DNA from: Trichinella spiralis
Taxonomy: Eukaryota
Length of the DNA stretch: 64,000 nucleotides
Reading direction: 5' to 3'
NCBI RefSeq assembly: GCF_000181795.1
Contig: NW_003526941.1
Span: 9,568,353-9,632,352 of the forward strand
Below are positions 55,035-64,000 of the stretch, one piece after another. The notes under the pieces are model-generated. The model did not search any database. It was given only the letters and a program-made list of their open reading frames with translations, and was not told the DNA's origin. Made by a program: the position numbers and the translations under genes. Numbering within the stretch: position 1 is the first letter of the stretch; the number at the start of each line of letters is the position of its first letter.

Positions 55035-57938
55035 GATAATTAAAAGTAGATGTACATGTGAAATCACCTATATTTTGTTTATTATTAATATAACATAATA
55101 TAATATAATATAATGTAGTGTAATAATCTTAGCGTAATCAAATATTTAGATTCAAGAACAAATACTATTTGGATATTTTAATAGGAATGATTTAATTTTT
55201 TTGAAATTAGGGTTTATTGACAGGCGTGCACTAACTCATTGCTGTTAGTATTTGGCTACTAAGCATTACTGGTTTTAAATATAAATCATGTTGAAATCGT
55301 TTGTAATGGGACGCGTAATAATGTGATCACTTCTTAATTCAAAAATGTGTAATTTTATATTTTTACTTTTAAAAATTCTAAGAATTTAATGGTCAGTTGT
55401 AACCATTTTTGAGTTTACGATGTTAAACATGCAAAGAGAATTATCAACAATTTATTCGATTTTATATAGTATAGTAATATGAAATATTGTTTTACGTACA
55501 CAAATTATAACAATTATATGCATCATATGAATCATATCGCTATTATAGTGGACGAACATTATTTACTTCATACATTTGACCTTGCATTATAGTATCCATC
55601 GTACTGTATTATCTTAAAAAACTAATTGTTTTTTAATTTGTTGTGCCTAATTTTTATGTAAATGTTATGTTGAAATAATAAGAGGTGATGTGCATCAACT
55701 TATTTTGTAAATGAGAAATCATTAATGTAAAAAGTGTAAAGTTTAGTGTAGAAATAAGTTAATTTTATTTGAAGTTTATGTGTTTTTATTCTGAATATTA
55801 AAAAAAAATATTGCATCTTAAATAGTTGTAGCATGTATTGTTTGTTGTTAAGTGACATGTTTGTTTCATTTCTGTACATATTTTTCATTTTCTTCTTTTA
55901 AAATTACTGCTTCTTTAGTTGGTTGATGATTTTTTGTTATAGCTTTGGCTGTGGGAAGCAAACGGTTTATAACTGCAGCTTCTGGTTAAATTTCACTGCT
56001 GACTGATTTATTGGTAAGCAACATTAACACGCCTTTTTTTCATTATTTAACAGTTGTTTGTAATCATAGAAAAAATTTTTCACACATTATATATATATGT
56101 GTATATGCATGTATTTATTTTTTTTATTTATATTTATTTAATGTTGCTTTTTTGGTTTTTAAGCGTTATGTTGCTTTCAAATGGTGTTTCATTAATTAAT
56201 CATTAATCTTTGTATTTACTATTATATTTTCCGTTTTACTTTTTTTAGTAATTCGGCAATAATGAATTGTATATTAGTATTAGTATCAGCATTGTTGTTC
56301 CTTCATTTGATAACTTAAGTTATCTGAGTAAATAGCGATGTATCTCTTTATTTGTTTGTTTAATTAATTGTTTTATTCTTATAAAATTTTAAAAAGAGAA
56401 TCGAATTTTGTTATCTTTACGTTATACATTAGACATATCTTTGATTTACTTATTGGTTTGTAACTGTTCTCGATTAATAAGTATTCGTAGCCTGTAGCTC
56501 AGCCATTGAGTAGTATTGTAATGAATCAATTGTGGAAATTTTTTTTTAATTTAAAGTTTATTTAATATAACTTTAATGTATTTCAGTGCTGTTAATGCAT
56601 TGTAAAAGTAGGTGATTATTGCAGTTTGTGATTTCCGCTCTGTTTCTGATGGCGAGATCACCAAGTTAACGAGGTTAAAATGTCTAAATTTTCTTTGTTC
56701 GAACTTTTGATTTCCTTTATTGGTTTTATTTTTTATTTTAGTATAATTTAGTAAAAATTGTTTTAACTGATTAAAAAATGTCTGATTTTTTTGATCGAAT
56801 CTTACAATAAATGTTTATTACTTGAAATTGTTCAGTACATTTGATTTGATCTATATAAATATAAAGATTGGTTTAAAGATGAATGTTTTAATAAGTGAAG
56901 CTTCTACATAAAATATGTTTTTCTGTTAAATATTTGAAGTAGAAGGAAATATGTATATTTATGACGTTCAGTTTGTCATTTGTGATGAACATTAATTTTC
57001 CATAGAGGAAATTTTGAAGTATGACACATGTTTCATTGTTATCGGAAACCTTTTTTCATATTTATTGTGAAATGCATTAAAATAACTTTTTCTTCTTTTG
57101 AAATATAATAAACATTTATTTTTTTGAATCCATATTCATTTCGTGTATCAGTTCAAAAATTTTTACTGAATAGCTTTTCAAATTGAAACAATTTTTTCTT
57201 TGTGCTTCATCATTTATTGTTTGCACAATGTATTCGATCGTTGGTAAATTTTAGAATACTTTCATGAGATACTTTTGTTATTTAAAGATCGGGTGTTGTC
57301 CGTGAGGTGTAAAGAAATATAACAAATGTAAAATTCAGTTCTGAGTTTATCTGACTCTAATGTAATATGATATTTTTTCCGGAGAATCTAATGAAGCGCT
57401 CTATACAGTTTAAATATTTCTAGTAGATAATCTGAAAAAATTTCGTATCTACAAATGTAATTTGGTTTGTGATATCAAATTTTCTTCTATTTCTTTGTGA
57501 TGATTAAATGGGAATGGAGTTTGTTTAAATGATCGCTTCAGTCGTCATCGAATGGCAAAATCAGTTGTTTACTTAATGCATCATTTTCGTACTTTATGTG
57601 GCATTTTTGAGAACAATGTGTTATTCAGTTATTCATTTGCACAGCCATAGCATTTACAAATCTCCTTTGAGAATATTTATCATTCCGCAGTGGCAATCTG
57701 TTATCAATTTGTTGCATCACTTTTGAAAAATTGGCATTTAATTTTATTCATTGTTCAGCTTTTACACCATTTCCAAGTTTTGTTGTTGAAATTGGTAAGT
57801 AATTTGATTGTTGCTTCAAATGTCGACTTTTTAATTACGAATAATAATCTTCATTTGAAATTAACATTTTTTGTTTTTTCATATTATTTTATAAAATGTA
57901 AATAATTCATAAGTCCATTTCAGTTATTGAATCTGTGC

Positions 57939-60156
57939 ATGGCAGAGATAAGTCAGGCATCTAGCCATGTGGATGCGTTCAGTGTGCCGCGTTGTGTTCC
58001 TGACGACAAAAACAGTGATGAGACAACGGAGTCTGAATTGCCACCATATCGATCAGTACCGAAGATCACAGATGAAATGGAAACTCTAGCCATTACTGAA
58101 CAAGTGACATGATTCATCGTCATCAGTTAATGTAATAATGATTATTTGTTTTTTATGCATTTTTGAATTTAGATTTTGGATACTGTTATCTGTGACAAGT
58201 TATCTGCTTTTTGCGAAGAGTCTCTACATTTGCATTCTTGCTCAAGGTCATCGGAACCGCGAAGTTCAGATGCGTTGCAAAGTTATGTGACCACTTTGCT
58301 CAGTGATCATGATAAACATGTATTTGTTCTTTCCGATGCTGGAAAACCAGTTTATACGAGGTAGACTATACATATACATATATGTATATATTGTTGTATT
58401 TTGTTCAAAAAGTTTACATTGTATAATGTAAACTATTGTAAAATGTAAAATCAATGCATATGAACGTTGTTAAAATTCAGTTAAAAATTCTTTCCTCGAA
58501 ACCGTCGATATTGATAAAGTGTTAAAATGAATGGGATAAAATTACTGTATTATAATTTGATGTTCACGTATAAATAAAGTTTTGTTGATGATTATTTTAT
58601 TTAATTTTCAGGCATGGTAGTGAAGAAGAATTGTCGAGCTTGATGGGCGTCATTCAAGCGCTGGTTTCTTTTGTTTCGAGTCAAAACGAAGGCGATGAAC
58701 TGCAGACAATACGAGCCGGCGTGTGGACGTTTGTATTTTCCCACAGGGCCCCGTTGATTTTGTGCCTGGTCAGCAGGCGCAGCGATTCCGCTGAACAATT
58801 GTCGAGGCAGTTGGATTTGGTCCATCGGCAAATTTTGACCGTGCTGACCCAAGTCCAGTTGAGTCGCATATTTGAGGAGCGTAAAAATTTCGACCTACGC
58901 CGGCTTTTGGCCGGAACCGAACGCACACTTGAACGTCTGATTCTGGTCATGGAAACGGATTTCTCTTTGCTTCTCAACGCTGTGCGTTGTTATACACTGC
59001 CCCATTCGACCAGAGAAACCATCGTCCAAGCGATGTCGTCTTGCTGTTCACAGCCAAAGGTTGGAAGCCGAACGTTGTAATTTTTATATTCTCTGCTTTT
59101 TATTCATTTTACACACTGCAATTAATGGAAATTTGTTTTTTTTTCATTCTATCTTTAGTGCATTGTATTTGCTGTTTTGTTAGTTCACGATCAGTTGGTT
59201 GCGTATTCAGGAAAGAAAAAAGCCACACTGTCGCCCAGTGATCTCGCTTTGCTCATCAATCTTGTCGCTTCGAACATTTCGTTCAAAGATGCTGAATCTT
59301 GGTCTCCGATATGTTTGCCAGCTTATGATGAAAAGTATTTTTTTTTTGCAAATAAATGTGAAAAATATTTATATTAATTCTTTTGGAAAAAAATTTTTAG
59401 TACCTTTCTAAGTGCTCACATTTCATATCTTACGGAAAATAGTCCTGCTTGCTTGTTGCTGCTCACTGCGGAGAAGGATTCTTTTTTTACCATGTCCGAA
59501 GTTAGGAACAAAATCATCGATGTCAGTATACATAGCGTGCAAGTTTTATTGAAATGAATTGACCGATTTTATTACTTTATTTTGTCACTTTTGTAGAAAT
59601 TTACTCGAACTAAAGCACTGGCCATTTTGAATGAACTGCAACAGGAGAGAAAACGTTTTGAAATCAACGAAGTAACAATTAATATTAAATTTTCATTCGA
59701 CTCAATATCTTTCATTTGTCCATTTGTTCGCTTTATATTTTATTTTAGCTGGGTATTCCTGATTTGATTCACTTTATTTACAAGCATCGTACCAAATCTC
59801 AATTTACTAGCATGTCACTTTCTTTACCTTATCGTGAAGAATATTTTGAAAAGCATCTGTTCAATCGTTACTTGTTAATTCACAACTTTATGCACAGTGA
59901 AAAACACAAGCACAATATATTCTATGTTACTGGAGATTTAGAGAACATTCTTGGCTGGGTAAGAATTTCAAAATCCACCGCAGTCGATAATTTACATAAA
60001 CTTACGTTTTTTAAGGTCACCACTGGTTTTGAAATTTATGCCGTTTTCAATCCTTTGATCACAAAACCAGAAGCTGTAAGCCGTGTTGAACAATTGATGA
60101 AATGGATCAAAAAAGAAGAGAACAATTTATTTCTCATAAATCCGGGTGTTCACTGA
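57939..60156 (+). CDS. mon-1: Vacuolar fusion protein MON1/SAND-1 (Rab7 GEF subunit)
   Basis: Exons 57939-58103, 58173-58360, 58612-59059, 59159-59334, 59401-59521, 59597-59671, 59749-59958 and 60016-60156. Motifs KHVFVLSDAGKPVYTRHG, GVIQALVSF, NFDLRRLLAG, ESWSPICLP and WIKKEE..LF. Confidence 0.93.
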
Positions 60157-61802
60157 ACTGGACGTGTTGCTAACATCTCTGAAAACGCAACACTTGAGCC
60201 GTTAAAGTCGGCATCTCACCGCCGATCAATAACCACAGCATTCGTCGTTTTTCAAGCATCATTCAGTGTTGTGAATTTTTAATTTTTCTTTCTCCATTCT
60301 TGCCAATTTTATTCATTTATTGAACTTTCAATAAAACATTCAAACCCAATTACTGCCTACATTCTGCACGAATCATTAAAAACTGAATTTCTATGTCCAA
60401 AAGTTTTTTATAACATCGAAAAAATATTTATCGAAATATTTTATTCAATTTAAATATTTTTTCAATGCTTAAATTCCAATGAATGCATCTACAAATGTGA
60501 ATTACAGTAAAACTTTAACATAGCTTAACTTGATTGTCTCATTTACTGTCAATTCTAAACTTTGCGGCAGTCTTCACTGTTGTGTACGGTATTGGGTTGT
60601 TTTCCAGTTCTCATTGGTACACTTCTGGCACGGCATATTTGAATATATTTGTTCCAAAGTGACAAGAAAGCGTGATTGCTAATTATTGGAAAGCCTACAG
60701 AATATTAAGTACGATAATTTGATGATTAATTTATTATTGTTAATAATTTATGTTTGCGCGGCAGATTGTAGATTTTTTAATGGTCTGTTAGATCAGCTTG
60801 TGATAAATATGTAAAATAAATGCATGTTTGATGGACTGTTTCAGTAATTTTCGTCGTGAATCATAATTTTCATCTAATTGCATGCATCATGGTTAAAAAT
60901 AGATGACTAAATGGAGCATGGATGATTTTGTTGATCCAAGAAGTTTGCAAATGGTGAATGGTTTAGTGATTTGAACAACCGGTTTTACAATTTTGTTTAT
61001 TTCTAGAATACTTTGAAATGTGTACGCGTGTCATTCAGTTTTAATTATTATTCGTTTCTGAGGTTGAACATTCTTACAATTTTTCAGAAATAGCATTTGA
61101 TTTATTTATTCAATTTAGACGTATGTTATGTTACATGCAATGTTTGCAGATGAGAACAAAAATATGAAACGTTATACTTGCTTGTAAGCGTAAAGAGAAG
61201 AAAATATCTGATCCCATTGATGAACAGTCTTGCACTTTTGATTTGTTATGAAAATTAATTTTGCATAATGCTTGTTGAGGATACAGTAAACACGGCAGAG
61301 AAAAAAAATTTACAGAAAAGAACAATAATAGAGGTTGCATTAAGAAAAAAACTAATAAATGAACTTGATTGTTTCAAATAAATGTCATTTTTTTGTGGGA
61401 ATGGAATGAATGATGATTATGTATATGTCATTTGATTTGATTAAGTTGGTGAAGATGATGTTTTAATAATATTTGACGCCAATGAAAGTGTTCAGATATT
61501 TCAAGGCCGTGTTGGTTGTATTTTTTCTTTTTTGCAGTCGAATCGAACTGTTCAATTGATGCCTGATTTCAATTTGATCATCATCGCGATGTTGTAGCTT
61601 TGTTCACGTGGCTGATGTGATCATTTTCACGTGAATTGTTGCGATGAAATCTCTGTGTTGTTGCTGCTCGTCGGGCAGGTTTTTTTCTATTTCTGATCAA
61701 ACTTTGTGGCAACAATTTTTCCCACTATTCGTTGCACATTTATTATTATTATTAACGAGCAATTTATTAATTATTATTATTATTGTTTTTTTTCTCAAGC
61801 AC

Positions 61803-63949
<2,147 letters not shown>

Positions 63950-64000
63950 GTAATGAAGAAAAAACAAATAAACTGCAATTATTAATTATTAATGTTGTTG

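Overview
AT-rich eukaryotic scaffold with short GT-AG introns and six N-gaps. Gene content and intron style suggest a nematode, most plausibly Trichinella (inference, not searched). The right part (21.6-64 kb) holds eight intron-containing genes whose exons I joined by hand: a secreted S1 serine protease (+), lin-54/tesmin (-), mitochondrial ribosomal protein L1 (+), DDX46/Prp5 (-), a PRA1-family protein (+), an anoctamin (+), MAU2 (+) and MON1 (+). A ninth, MAPKAPK2/mak-2 (+), runs off the right end. The left 21 kb has no complete credible gene. It holds a near-identical partial lin-54 copy (1-2140), a ~13-kb imperfect palindrome (3161-16528) and a 2-kb tandem duplication (16.5-21.1 kb). The most unusual feature is the palindrome centre: a GC-rich satellite with 10 perfect octamer motifs (ATTTGCAT) and many GCCN3GGC palindromes, flanked on both sides by inward-pointing arrays of consensus 5' splice sites (AG|GTAAGT). 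The opposite strand of those arrays reads as repeated copies of the U1 snRNA 5' end (ATACTTACCT). Its function is unknown, and assembly gaps limit certainty about copy number.
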